The translations under genes were made by a program, and so were the position numbers. The notes beneath the pieces are model-generated. The model was given only the letters and a program-made list of their open reading frames with translations. It ran no database searches and was not told the DNA's origin. This document shows, piece after piece, positions 13,302 to 25,319 of a stretch of DNA of 64,000 bases (positions are counted from its first letter, which is position 1; each line of letters opens with the position of its first letter). The DNA is taken from NCBI RefSeq assembly GCF_016432865.1, contig NC_067404.1, positions 7,936,001 to 8,000,000 on the forward strand, read 5' to 3'. This DNA is from Antechinus flavipes (Eukaryota).

Positions 13302-13409
13302 CTCTTCCACAAATGCAATCCATGTTCGCTGGTATTCATCCCGGTAGACACCTTCCTGGTGTACCCAGAGGTGATCAGGTGGGGCTCCCACAACGTCCCC
13401 TTCTGCCAT
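13302..13409 (-). CDS. MTCP1: MTCP1 first coding exon
   Basis: MAEGDVVGAPPDHLWVHQEGVYRDEYQRTWIAFVEE plus a gtaact donor. Total protein 108 aa. The acceptor is tentatively at 13458-13457. Confidence 0.97.
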
Positions 13410-13565
13410 TCTGGGCTTTGGGTTCCAATTCTAAGATTGCTTTTGGCCACCTAAGTCTGCAGCACCCATGCCCAGGACACAAGTGTGATTTCTGGGGTCT
13501 GAATGAATTTATGAGTGAGCTATTAGACCTGAAAGCCAACACCTGGTGCTAGAGATCACCTAGGG

Positions 13566-13764
13566 CAGGGGTTCTTAACCAAGAGTCTGAACTTGGCTTT
13601 CTTTTTTATTATTATTATTTTGATCACTGGACTTCAATATAATTGAATTCCGTGGTAATCCTATAGAGTTTACATTATGCATTCCAAAACCAAAATGCTG
13701 GGGAGGGATCTAGAGGTTTCACCAGAATGCCCAAGAGGTCCGTGACAAAGGTTAAGAACCCCTC
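13566..13764. mobile_element. hAT-Charlie MITE (MER5-like)
   Basis: TIRs caggggttcttaacc / ggttaagaacccctc, flanked by an 8-bp TSD acctaggg / acctagga (7/8 match). Confidence 0.8.
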
Positions 13765-15675
13765 ACCTAGGAGCTGGCTAAACTCATACCTGTTTTCAAA
13801 GCCTAAAATACAACAGTGAAAACTAGAAGCCCACTGAAAACCAACTGTTCTAGCAGACCAACCACTCCCATTCTCAGGTAATGGCGGCGACGGCGCAGCT
13901 CGGGAAATGTGTGAGGGAGGGTGGGCTCTGGCCAAGTCAGCTCTCCAACAAACAGCTCTGGGGATGAGAGTCTGCCCCTAAATACCTCCCACTTGTGACC
14001 AATATTTGTAGTTACTGGAGGTGGGGGAGGAGAAGACCATTCTACAACCGCCAAGTCTGGCATTCTAAAGAACAGATGATAAGCTTGTTTTCCTGACTTT
14101 CTTAGAAAAGCAGCACAGTACAATGGCGCAAGCTCTAGACGTGAAATTAGGAAACCTGGGTTTAAGAACTAGAGAATTTCCATCTCCTAACCCTCACAAT
14201 CTGGAGCTCACTAGCAGGCTTCTCTGATGCCGTTTCCTCATTCAGGGGCAGAAGAAATCCCACTTTGTAAATCCTAAAGTGCTATTATTCTGGCAGGCCC
14301 ACAGTGGGAATGGCCTTTCTATTTTTCTTTTTGAAGAGCAAAAGACACCTTACACTGAGATCCCCAAAACCATACAAGCAGAACTCAATCGAGCTCTGAC
14401 AGATCCCAAGCTAGAAAGACTCCAACAGAGTAACAGCTACGGTTTATACCTACATTACCTCACCTGATATCTACAACTATCACTTCTATTTCAAGGTAGG
14501 TCCAATGGGTATTAAGATTCCAATTTTACAAGGAGATGATGGCTTACGGTCACAAAGCTAATAAGTGAAATCGACTCTTTCTTAAGCATAGCACTCCATG
14601 ACTGGATCCTGTGACTAAGCAGTCTCAATTAGTTCCACAGGTATGTAATCGGCTATCAAAAGTCACGCCAAACTGTTCAACAAGTTGAGTTTGAGGGTCT
14701 GATGGGGTATCCAGTGTGTTAAAAGATAACTGGAGACAAGATACTGGAAGTCAGAAAAGCTATGAACTGGAGTTGGAAATTTGGGGTTTGTGCACATTGA
14801 GATGATGCTTGTGGCCCTAAGAATGAAAAGAAAGGAAGAAAAGAAAAGGGCCGGAACAGTGTTGGTGTACCCCACCCCCCACCCCCACAGCCAGAGAAGG
14901 AAGCAGAGAGGAAAGAATGCTAACTGGAGAAAGAGAATCAGAAAATGTTAAAACTGGAAGAGACCTTAGAAATCCCTCTTGTCCTACTCTATCACAGTTG
15001 ATGAATGAGGAATCGGGGGTCTATGAAATAATGTGATTTGCCCAAGGTTCACTATCCAGTGACAGGACTAGAGGGCCAGGCCTCTTAACTGCCAAACAAC
15101 TGCTATTCCATCATGTTCTCCAAGTAGAGGATGAAAACAAATAGATTCACGAAGAAGTTAGATAAATTCAAGGATGATATAGTCATAATGAATTACTAAA
15201 AACAAAGTGGGGATGTATAGGGAAATCCCTAACTGCTTGAGGGGACATCAAAGAAGGTGTTAGATAAGCTCTTCTGTCTGCCTCTAGCATTTCTTTCAAA
15301 TCTTGTGTTAGTTAAACATAAATGACTTAAGTAAAGGCTTCCTTTCCTCTGTACAATTCGTTTGATTTTGTTGTTATTGTTGTTATTTTACAATTAGAAA
15401 GCTACTTTAAATTTACAGGTTTTTAGCTACAATTACTAATGTTTAACCATCAAATATACTTATTTTCTTTGAAGAATTAATAATTATAAATATTTTTATT
15501 GAATCGAATAATCAGTCATTAAATTGGTCCAACTGAATTGATTATTGAATCTTAACCACCAGACAATTTTATGATTGTACAATACATAAATAATTCAAGT
15601 TGAGAAAAACCACACTATATATACATGCACTGAAAGTTTACTGAATGTAATTTTGGAATAAAAATGGACTGTAGT

Positions 15676-15681
<6 letters not shown>

Positions 15682-15731
<50 letters not shown>

Positions 15732-15735
15732 TATA
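15682..15735. repeat. (TA)n microsatellite
   Basis: Long TA run. Confidence 0.95.
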
Positions 15736-16549
15736 TAACTTATTAGTTATATGGTAATATATTAATTATAAATTAATTAATAATTATATTCTCATCCTGA
15801 ATATATCTAAACATTTTACAAAGTAAAATTATCCACCACCCAAAAGCAGTCACCTCTTACATTCATAGAAGAATTGGCACACTTGCTTTAGATGGGGAAC
15901 CTGAGGGGAAATTTAGGTGGCCCCCTGCAGAGACAACTTTTGGGGTTCAACTGCTGTTACCACTGATGTCCTCAAATCCTGAACAAAGTGCCATGGGATC
16001 TTTAATAAGCTCGTGTGCCAAGAATCTTGATCTTTTCAGAAAACCAAAAGGACGTTTCTTGCCCCAAGTCCAAAGGGAGAATAGAATCTGGTTTGAAACT
16101 GACTTAGAGAAAAGAAGAAAGAGTACCAGCAACCGGGGAAGCTCTTCCCTTATCTTGTCCTTCCCAATACTGTAGCACCTACCTGACCTCCAAGATCTAA
16201 GAAGAAAATGAGATGAAGCAGGGCGTTATGCTAGAATCCTCAACTGTCCCTAGACTCTAGACCCGAAGGGCCCATTTCCAAAGCTACACTCAGATTCAGA
16301 AGCATCTTCCAGACTTCTTGAATCAAGAGGAGTGGGGGTGGTGGGGACTTCGCAAGCCAAACATCCTATGAGGAAAAGGTCCCCAAGTTCGATGTGATCC
16401 CTTACGCCCCGGGCCACTCCCTTTTCCTCCTCTTCCCCCTCCCCACCAAGACACAGCAAGGAGATTCTTTAATAAATGTCCCACCCTGCCACCTGTTTCT
16501 CGCTTAACCGGGGCCCAAGGAAATCTGATAAAATGGCTTCTCTCTCCCC

Positions 16550-18700
16550 TCATAACCCGAGGTGACAAGCCTTGAACCTCGAGCCCGACTAATCTCTTCG
16601 AAAAGAGAGAGGAAGGGCACCCGCGCCCCTCAGCAAGGGGGTGTGGGAATGGGGGAAAGCCAGGGGCTCGCGCGCGGGTACCTGGGGGCTGGGAACGGGC
16701 CGCGCGCAACATTCCGGGCCTGAGGGAGGGGGGGGAGGCGGAGGAACGCGAGGCCGCACGAGGCCGAACGTAAAAGCGCGGGAAGGGCGCGCGAGGGGGA
16801 GGGGCCGTTAGCGGGTGCTGAGGAGAAAGGAAAGTTCTAGAACCCGCCTCGCCCCGTCGGTGTCTAGGCAACCAGGGCGGCCCGGCGTGAGGCGCCCGGC
16901 CGCCTCCCTATCTAAAAATGCCTAGCTCCGCTGGAGCCTCAAAGTTCACCAAGCACACCTTAGGGCCCCCTACCCGCCCGTCTGCCTCGGGCCTCGTCTG
17001 CCCCGGGCCTCGCCTCCGCCCCAAGTCCCCACCCCGCGGCCCGCCTCCCACCAGGCCGCCGGCCGCCGCCCCCCCCTTCCGCGTCCTCCCCTCTGCCCCC
17101 ACCGTCGCTGGCTACCGCCCCCCCCTGGCTGCCACCCCCCTCCCACTTTCGTCCCCCTGCTCCCACCGCCCGCCCGGCCCCACGGTCCGCCTCCGCCAGC
17201 CCTCTCTCCTCCCCCGGGCCCGCCTCCGAGGCGTCCCGGAACCCCCCCACCACCACCACCACCACCCCGGACATCCCGGCTGCCTCCCCCCTGGGGCTCG
17301 CACGGACCCGCTGGGTGGCTGGCTGCGCCGCCGATCCGGGCCGACACACGGGAAGAAGAGAGGGAAGCCGAAGAGGTTCGCTAAGGGCCGACACAGCCGC
17401 ACGGTCACGCTCGCAGTGCTACCGCTCTGCCGAGAGAGAGAGCTCTGCGGGTCACGACCGGCTGCTCTGGCACTCGGGGGCGAGTGGCGGGTTGGGCACG
17501 CGAGCGCCTCGGTAATAAAGGGGGCGGGCTACCGGCGCGCGCCGGGGCCAATCCAAGATGGCCGTGCTGGCGGTGCACCTCCAGTCGGACGCTTTCTTAG
17601 TGGCCCTCAACCATGCCCTCAGCACCGAAAAAGAGGAGGTCATGGGGCTCTGCCTTGGCGAGGTAAGGGGGTTCGGAACTTGGGATGGCGCCGGGGGGGG
17701 CTCTATGGCTAACTCTTAGTTCCCCCAGCTGCCTGTGGCCACCCCTCCCTAATCCCCCCATACCGGGGTGGGGGCGGCTCGACCGAACGGGGGGAGGGGT
17801 AGAGAAGGTGAGGGGGGTACCGAGGGGGGGTGGAATGGGGGGTCTCCGACGGGGGCGGGGCAGGGGTAGCCGAAGACCGGTCCGGTGCGGGGGGAGGGGG
17901 GGATGGGGGTACGGTGCCGGCCTGTCGAACCTTCGGCCGCCCCACCCTCCCCTGCGGCTGAGACGCAGTAGGGCGACCTGCTGAGGCCTGGGGGGGTGGG
18001 GGGCGCGTGGCGCGTGGCGGTCCGACCGGAGGGAGTAGGGCGCGGGGGGGGGGGGGGGCGGCGAAGCTTAGGTCGGCAGACTCCGGCCCCCCGCCGGGCC
18101 GGGCCGTTTCTCCCAGCCCCCACCTTCCACGGGGTGGGGCGCCCGGACCTGAGAGCCAGGGCGACCTTAGATCAGGCCGCCTTAGGGTGGGGGCGGCCAC
18201 GGGCCCTTGGGCCCCCCTGCCCTCATCCGGCTGAGACGGGGCGGTCCGGCGGGGGGGGGGGGGGCGGTGCCGCTCCTGGATGGGACGCGGGGGGCCGAGC
18301 CCTTTTTGCTGCAGGGAGCGGGGGGCAGCACCCCCATACTCACAGCTCTCACTGAGCCCCAGACCTAGGCCAGCCTTGCGTGGTGCGGTGGGAGCTGCCG
18401 GCCTCCGAGCCCCCTCCTCCCGCTCTCTCTGCTCTTCCCCTCCCCTCGTCTCCCGCTCTCCCCCTCCCCTCTCTGGTCCTCCACATTCTGCTCGTGCTCT
18501 TCATCTCCCCCCCACACACCGCTTCCCACCCCAATTCTCCCTCCCCTCGCATCCACTCATTCCCCCTCCCCCGCATCCCCCATTCCTCTCACTCATTTCC
18601 CCCCCATCTCATCCCATTCCTCCCCCCCCCGCCCCCCCCCCCTCCCATCGATGGCTGCTCATATCTAGCTAAGCTTTGTAGGTTCGACTAAATCTTCCCA
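16550..18700. promoter_or_regulatory. CpG island / bidirectional promoter for MTCP1-CMC4 (-) and BRCC3 (+)
   Basis: Very GC- and CpG-rich. GC box ggggcggg at ~17521, CCAAT at ~17548, and a YY1-type AAGATGGCC overlapping the BRCC3 ATG. The head-to-head arrangement matches human. The shared non-coding exon 1 of MTCP1/CMC4 is expected here, but its donor could not be fixed. Confidence 0.9.
17558..17662 (+). CDS. BRCC3: BRCC3 (BRCC36 K63 deubiquitinase), exon 1
   Basis: MAVLAVHLQSDAFLVALNHALSTEKEEVMGLCLGE plus a gtaagg donor; includes the catalytic Glu of EEVMG. Confidence 0.97.
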
Positions 18701-19692
18701 AGCAAACGCATGAGGAAAATCTCTCCAGTGAATAAAAAAAAACGAATAATAAATATGTTTTTCCTTTTTAAAAACGTTTATTGATATGTTATTTAAAAAA
18801 TATTTTTGGTTCTCTAACAATCACTCATTAAGTTTCTCCTTTGAACTAAGCTATTTGAATACGAAATGCAGAAGTGAGACAAACAGACCTTAAACAACTC
18901 GTCTATCAGAGCGATTGTAGCATGGTGGGATTTAGAGATATTAGAATGGCAGAATCCCACTATCGCTCCTTCATTTGCAAATCCCCATCTCCTTCCGCTT
19001 CAAGTTCAAATTCCTTAGCTTGCTATTTGAGGCCCTCTGCTGTCTGTCCTTAACCAACACCTTTAACCCATTTCCCCGATTTCCCTAATTCGATGCTTTA
19101 CCAGTACCCAGACGGTTTCTTTGGCCCCCAACTGAATCCCCCCCCTCCCAGGCGGCTCTTAACGCTCCCGCTTCTTGGGGCTCAGCCCTCGCCCTAATGT
19201 TCTGTGCCTTCCGAATTTTCCACAATGTTTATTTTGTGGCGGGGATTCTTAACCACGATCTGGGAACTTGTTTTCAAAAAAGAAAAAAAAATGGATGGAT
19301 GGAAGGAAAAAATGGATGATTATTTCAGTAGAATTGATTTCTTATCTAATCCCATGTGTTTAAAAACCTGATGCTCAGAAGGGGGCTCACCAAGGCACCA
19401 TTTCACGACTCCCAGGTGCAAGTTCCCTGCCCCATAGAATTGCCTTTACTGTGTTTTTCCAGTGACTCTCTTAGACTCTGGCATTTGAAGTTCACTTAAC
19501 CGAAGCCTGCTCTCCCTCCCCCCCCACCCCCCACGCACACGTGCTCAGATATGTTAACCGTTGGTAAATGTTTCCAAATAGGCGATTCTCTCCAGCTGAA
19601 TGGGGTCGATATTTTTTTCTTCTGCTAGCAAAAGACGCGATTTTGTCTTTGGAAGTAAGGGGACTCATGGCTGTTTTGGGGCTTTTCTCTAG

Positions 19693-19812
19693 GTGGAAGT
19701 CGGCAAGATTGTCCACATCTACTCTGTCATCGTCCTGAGACGTTCAGATAAGAGAAAGGATCGAGTGGAGATTTCTCCTGAGCAACTTTCTGCTGCTTCT
19801 TTGGAAGCAGAC
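19693..19812 (+). CDS. BRCC3: BRCC3 coding exon 2
   Basis: VEVGKIVHIYSVIVLRRSDKRKDRVEISPEQLSAASLEAD; 120 nt, followed by ATATCCTTT. Confidence 0.96.
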
Positions 19813-19821
19813 ATATCCTTT
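19813..19821 (+). promoter_or_regulatory. BRCC3: U12-type (minor spliceosome) AT-AC 5' splice site
   Basis: ATATCCTTT exactly at the end of BRCC3 homology. Confidence 0.93.
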
Positions 19822-20368
19822 GGGGGCCCAGCTATAGCCAAGGGGGTGCAGGGTGGTTTGCAAAGTCTGAAAATCTCAGGATGGGATCTTAGGGCCAGGA
19901 ACCTCCGCTAATCCCCTCCCTCCATCTTAGAATGCTATTGGAATATAGTGACCGGGGGAAGAACTGAGAAAACGCCATAGTGGGGCAGGAGAACTAGCGG
20001 CCCCCTGGGTGCTTTCGGGGAAACTCTCGAGTGAGTCTGGTGATTGCTGGGAGAACCACCTGGACAGATTCCTCAAGTGAGCCTGAGGCAGCTGGAACCC
20101 TTTAAGTTGGACTTGGGGAATTCTTTTAAAGAATTCATGGCAACCAAGCAGCTGCCCTGGCTGCTTGTTGTTGTTGTACTGCTCTAGCTCCCAGCTTCTT
20201 ACTTTTTAAAAAAAATTTTACCCCCGATCCTTTTTCACCAGACAAATTCTTGTGACCTAGGGTGTATTGGTAGATAATACAGGTAAAGAAATCAAACTTT
20301 TACTTATAATAAGTCAGAATTTTGCAACACCTCCCCCCACATACATTCGGTTATTCAATCCCATAGAG

Positions 20369-20574
20369 CAGTGGTCCTCAAAGTGTAGTCCAAAGAATTG
20401 TGGGGGGTCTCTGAAACCCTTTCAGAGGGTCTACAAATTCAAAATCCTTTTTTATTTCTAATATAGTAAATAGCTATAAATATAACTCCTGTGAACAAAA
20501 ACTCTTTGAACACATCCTCGATAGTTTTTTTTAACAACATGAAGATACTGAGAAGGAAAGTTTGAGAACCACTG
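20369..20574. mobile_element. hAT-Charlie MITE (MER5-like)
   Basis: TIRs cagtggtcctcaaa / tttgagaaccactg (13/14 match) and an 8-bp TSD ccatagag / ccgtagag. Confidence 0.85.
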
Positions 20575-21145
20575 CCGTAGAGGGTCACAACTCGCAGTTT
20601 AAGAAATTGGACTCCAGAGGAAGAGGCAAAAATGAGGGAAAAAAATGATCAGAATATTACCAATTACAATTAGAAATGGCTGGCAAGCTGGAAGAGAAAA
20701 TTCGTTTTTTTTAATGGAAAAATGACAATTTGGGGGACACATTAAAATATTAAATACTTTTAAAATACACATCTGAAGTGAATTTAAGAGCATAAGAATG
20801 GATTACATACATTTATGTATGTGTGTTATCTCTATACACAATCTACATAGACATACCTATATCTGAACATTTTCTCACTGCTCAGATTGTCCTAGATTAC
20901 TCTATTTGATTTTCTCCTTTGAGTTTTAGGGCAAAGCAAAAAATTCTGTTGCCATAAAGAGTAAAACAGGCAATATCAGAACAATTTTGCCTTTGATACA
21001 GGCTCTGTGCCCGGTACCCCAAACAAGGCACCAAAGCTGCCCATGTTGATAGAGGGATAGTAGGGAGCTTCCTGACCAAGTGAAATCCCAAGTCTAGTTA
21101 AAAGCCAAAAAAGTGGAAGAGGGGAATGGGTAGAAGTACTATATA

Positions 21146-21700
21146 NNNNNNNNNNNNNNNNNNNNNNNNNNNNNNNNNNNNNNNNNNNNNNNNNNNNNNN
21201 NNNNNNNNNNNNNNNNNNNNNNNNNNNNNNNNNNNNNNNNNNNNNNNNNNNNNNNNNNNNNNNNNNNNNNNNNNNNNNNNNNNNNNNNNNNNNNNNNNNN
21301 NNNNNNNNNNNNNNNNNNNNNNNNNNNNNNNNNNNNNNNNNNNNNNNNNNNNNNNNNNNNNNNNNNNNNNNNNNNNNNNNNNNNNNNNNNNNNNNNNNNN
21401 NNNNNNNNNNNNNNNNNNNNNNNNNNNNNNNNNNNNNNNNNNNNNNNNNNNNNNNNNNNNNNNNNNNNNNNNNNNNNNNNNNNNNNNNNNNNNNNNNNNN
21501 NNNNNNNNNNNNNNNNNNNNNNNNNNNNNNNNNNNNNNNNNNNNNNNNNNNNNNNNNNNNNNNNNNNNNNNNNNNNNNNNNNNNNNNNNNNNNNNNNNNN
21601 NNNNNNNNNNNNNNNNNNNNNNNNNNNNNNNNNNNNNNNNNNNNNNNNNNNNNNNNNNNNNNNNNNNNNNNNNNNNNNNNNNNNNNNNNNNNNNNNNNNN
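21146..21700. other. Assembly gap (N run)
   Basis: 555 Ns inside the BRCC3 U12 intron. Confidence 0.99.
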
Positions 21701-21960
21701 NAGGATAAGTGACTTGCCCAGAGTCCACATCCAGCTAAGAAGTGGCAAGTGTCTGAGGCTGGATTTGATGTCAGGTCCTCCTGACTCCAGATGGATACTG
21801 TATGTGTAGATGGCCCAGTGGCCATCCAGCTAAGCTACCCCTTGTTACTTGATCTTTTTTTTTTCTTTTTCTTTTTTTTTTTTAGCTGAGGCAATTGGGA
21901 TTAAGTGATTTGCCCAAGATCACACAGCTAGGAAGTATTAAGTGTCTGAGGTTGTTATTT
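21701..21960 (-). mobile_element. Two adjacent marsupial core-SINEs (WSINE1-like)
   Basis: (T)n-gctgaggcaattgggattaagtgatttgcccaagatcacacagctaggaagtattaagtgtctgagg signature. Similar copies lie at ~27495-27640 and ~43980-44100. Confidence 0.75.
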
Positions 21961-22079
21961 GATCTTAATAACCTCATATATCATGAGACTTTAGAGTTGG
22001 GTGGTCTTTTAAAAGCATTCTGAACTCCCTTTTATGGCCCACTGGTCAGATTGTTTGCTGAGGAAGGTTGAGAAGAGAA

Positions 22080-22640
22080 AGAGGAGAGAAAAAGTAGCAG
22101 CCCCTAATTAAGAAGTTGAACCTCAAATGGGAGAAAAAATATGGGATGTTAGTTTTTGAGATATGTTAGGGATAGGTTTTTGAGAATGGGGGAGACATGG
22201 GCATATTTGTAGGCAGGAGGCCCAGAGCCAGGGCATAAGAAGAGATTGGAGGTGACAGAGGGGGCAATTTTGGGGAGGAGATGGACTGGGGATTGCTTGT
22301 GCTGTAGAGGATTTGGTTTTGGTCAGGAGGGGAGCCAATTCTTCATGTGAAAGGTGAAGAAGGAGAGAGGGATAGAAAGCACCTGAGTGACCCAAGAGGA
22401 AGAAGCTGGGAAGAGGGGAGTTCATGGGGAATGGCGTCAGTTTTTTTGTGAAATGTAAGGCAAGATTCAGTTCTCAGCTGGGGAAGAGGGGGCAGGGGAG
22501 GGTTTGGAAGAGCCTCTGTGGGAAGTATGAGAGGGAGTCTATTGTCTGGGGAGGGGTAAGTGAAGTTGGGTAACATTAATTTGTAGCAGACCCCATCAGA
22601 ACAGCTGCATGATTTTCTCTACCTTTGTTCCAGGGGGCTA
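22080..22640 (-). mobile_element. L2 fragment (antisense)
   Basis: Purine-rich reverse complement of the same L2 segment seen at 2100-2350. Confidence 0.6.
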
Positions 22641-23929
22641 GACTGTAGGAGAAAATGGGAGGAATGGTGGGGGAGTGATCCAAGGCTGAAGCTTGGCTGG
22701 GAGTAATCAGGGGTGTATGATAAAGGCTTGAAGGACTCAGGGGGAGGCCTGGCTAGACTTGACCTTGTTTATGAAGGAAACAGAATAGGCTCTCCCCTAA
22801 TCTAATGAAGGAATGATGGTCTGGGAGAGAAATGAAGGGTCAACAGATGAGGGGTCAGAGTTCAGACCAAAATTATGGTTTGCTAAAGGAAGGAAGGAGA
22901 GGTGAAAAGCTAATAGATTGTGGGCAGATAAGGGACTTTCCGAATTCCTGAACAGGGATTTGTGGGTGGTGGCAAGCTCCAGACCATGTGGCACCATATG
23001 GCTGAGGCTGGGGGATGGAGGAGGAGGTCACCCCTTCCGTAACTGGTCATTCTTTGGGTTTTTGTTAACTTTGCCAATCTGATGGATATGAGGGAGATCC
23101 TTAAGGCTGCTTTCATTTGTATTTCCCCAGTTATTAGGAATTTGGGTCATTTTTTTCTGTGGTTCCCAGTAACTTGGGTTTCTTCCCTTGCAAACTACCT
23201 ATTCCTATTCTCTGTCTACTTATTAGTTGGGCTATGAGTGGCTTTTAGTCTGATAAATTTGAATCAGATTCTTCTGTATCTTGAAAATGAGACCTTTGCT
23301 TCAAGGTTCTTCCCCCTACACACAAATATTTCCATTCTAATTGTTTACCTTATTTGTTTGTGCCAAAACTTAATTTTTCTGAATCAAAATAATCCATTTT
23401 GCCTTCTGCAATCACCCCTCTCCTTTATTTGGTTCTGAAGTCTTTTCCTGTCCCTATACCTGAAAGGAGATTTTTTTTTTTTTTTTTTTTGTTCTTGTTC
23501 TTGGAAATAACTTTTCTTTCCAGATACCTTTTCTATCCTGTATCCATTCGGAGCTTTTCTCAGCATATGGCCTGGGATATTGATCCAAGCTAGACTGCTC
23601 TCTATTTCGATGAGTCAATCCTAAACTACCAGCTTTCTTTTTTCTACCTAATTTCTTCTACTTAGGGACCCCTCCATTATTCTTTAATTATTCAATTATT
23701 TTAAAGATCACTGCTTTGTAGTATAAGATTGCTGCTACTAGGCCCCCTTCCTTCCCACTTTTTTGGTCATGATTTCTTTTGAAATACTTTACTTTTTGTC
23801 TTTCCAAATGAATTTTCCTTTTTTTTTTTTTTTTTTTTTTCAGTTTGATTTGCATGGCACTGAACAAGTTCATTTACGAATTAATAGCATTATTTTATTC
23901 CTTTGTTCTCTCCTTGTACAGTTGTTTGT

Positions 23930-24120
23930 TATGACTGACTCTTGACCCCATTTGGGGTTTTCTAGGCAGAAGTACTAGAGTGCTTTGCCATTTTCTTCTC
24001 CAGCTCATTTTATAGATGAAAGAAACTGACCCAGCAGGGAAGTTTCTGAAGCCAAACTTGAACTCATCTTCCTGACTCCAGACCTGGTGCTTTGCTCACT
24101 GTACCACCTAGCTGCACGCT
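23930..24120. mobile_element. MAR1-type SINE
   Basis: gactcttgaccccatttggggttttctaggcagaagtactagagtgctttgccatt head joined to a MIR-like core. Confidence 0.7.
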
Positions 24121-24331
24121 CTTGGCCTTTCCAATATTTAAGTCTGTCATTATTTCTATAAACAGTTTTATATTCTGATAGTTCCTGGGTATGTGTCAAT
24201 ATGTAGGTTCCTATGTACTTTATTCATTTGGTAATTATTTTAAATGAAAGTTCTCTTTCTGTCTCTTCTGACTGGATATTTTTGGTAACAGAAATGCTGA
24301 TGATTTATGTGGATTTATTTTATAGCCTTCA

Positions 24332-25316
24332 GAATTAGAATAGGCAATGAGGAAACCAAACTATCACTCTTTGCAGATGATATGATGGTATACTTAGAGA
24401 ACCCCAGAGATTCTACTAAAAAGCTATTAGAAATAATTTATAACTTTAGCAAAGTTGCAGGATACAAAATAAATCCACTTAAATCCTCAGCATTTTTATA
24501 CATCACTAACAAAATCCAACAGCAAGAGATACAAAGAGAAATTCCATTCAAAATAACTGTCGACAGCATAAAATATTTGGGAATCTATCTACCAAAGAAA
24601 AGTCAGGAATTACATGAGCAAAATTACAAAACACTTTCCACACAAATAAAGATTTAAATAATTGGAAAAATATTAAGTGCTCTTGGAGAGCAAATATAAT
24701 AAAGATGACAATACTCCCTACACTAATATATTTAGTACTATACCAATCAGACTCCCAAGAAAATATTTTAATGATCTAGAAAAAATAATAACAAAATTCA
24801 TATGGAAGAACAAAAGATCAAGAATCTCAAGGGAATTAATGAAAAAAAAATCAAATAAAGGTGGCCTAGTTGTACCTGATCTAAAACCATATTATAAAGC
24901 AGCAGTCACCAAAGCCATTTGGTATTGGCTAAGAAATAGATTAGTTGATCAGTGGAATAGGTTAGGTTCACAAGATAAAATAGTCAACTATGGCAATTTA
25001 GTGTTTGACAAACCCAAAGATCCTAACTTTTGGGATTAGAATTCATTATTTGACAAAAACTGCTGGGAAAACTGGAAATTAGTATGGCAGAAATTAGGCA
25101 TGGACCCACACTTAACACTGTATACCAAGATGAGATCAAAATGGGTCCGTGATTTAGGCATAAAGAACGAGATTATAAATAAATTGGAGGAACATAGGAT
25201 AGTTTATCTCTCAGACTTGTGGAGGAGGAAGAAATTTGTGACCAAAGATGAATTAGAGATTATTATTGATCACAAAATAGAAAATTTTGATTACATCAAA
25301 TTAAAAAGCCTTTGTA
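24332..25316 (+). mobile_element. L1 ORF2 internal fragment (RT C-terminal part), frameshifted
   Basis: LSLFADDMMVYLENPRDSTKKLLE...KVAGYKINPLKS...IKYLGI; FIWKNKRSRI...YYKAAVTKAIWYW; DYIKLKS. No 3'UTR or poly(A). Confidence 0.92.
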
Positions 25317-25319
25317 TTT

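Noticed and set aside
16323-18691. Many Pro/Gly/Arg-rich ORFs, including a 264-aa ORF with a poly-His stretch
   Set aside because: Stop-poor CpG-island sequence; the His run is a (CAC)n microsatellite. The real BRCC3 exon 1 is in another frame.
20976-21825. ORFs of 216-250 aa
   Set aside because: Almost entirely X residues from the N gap.
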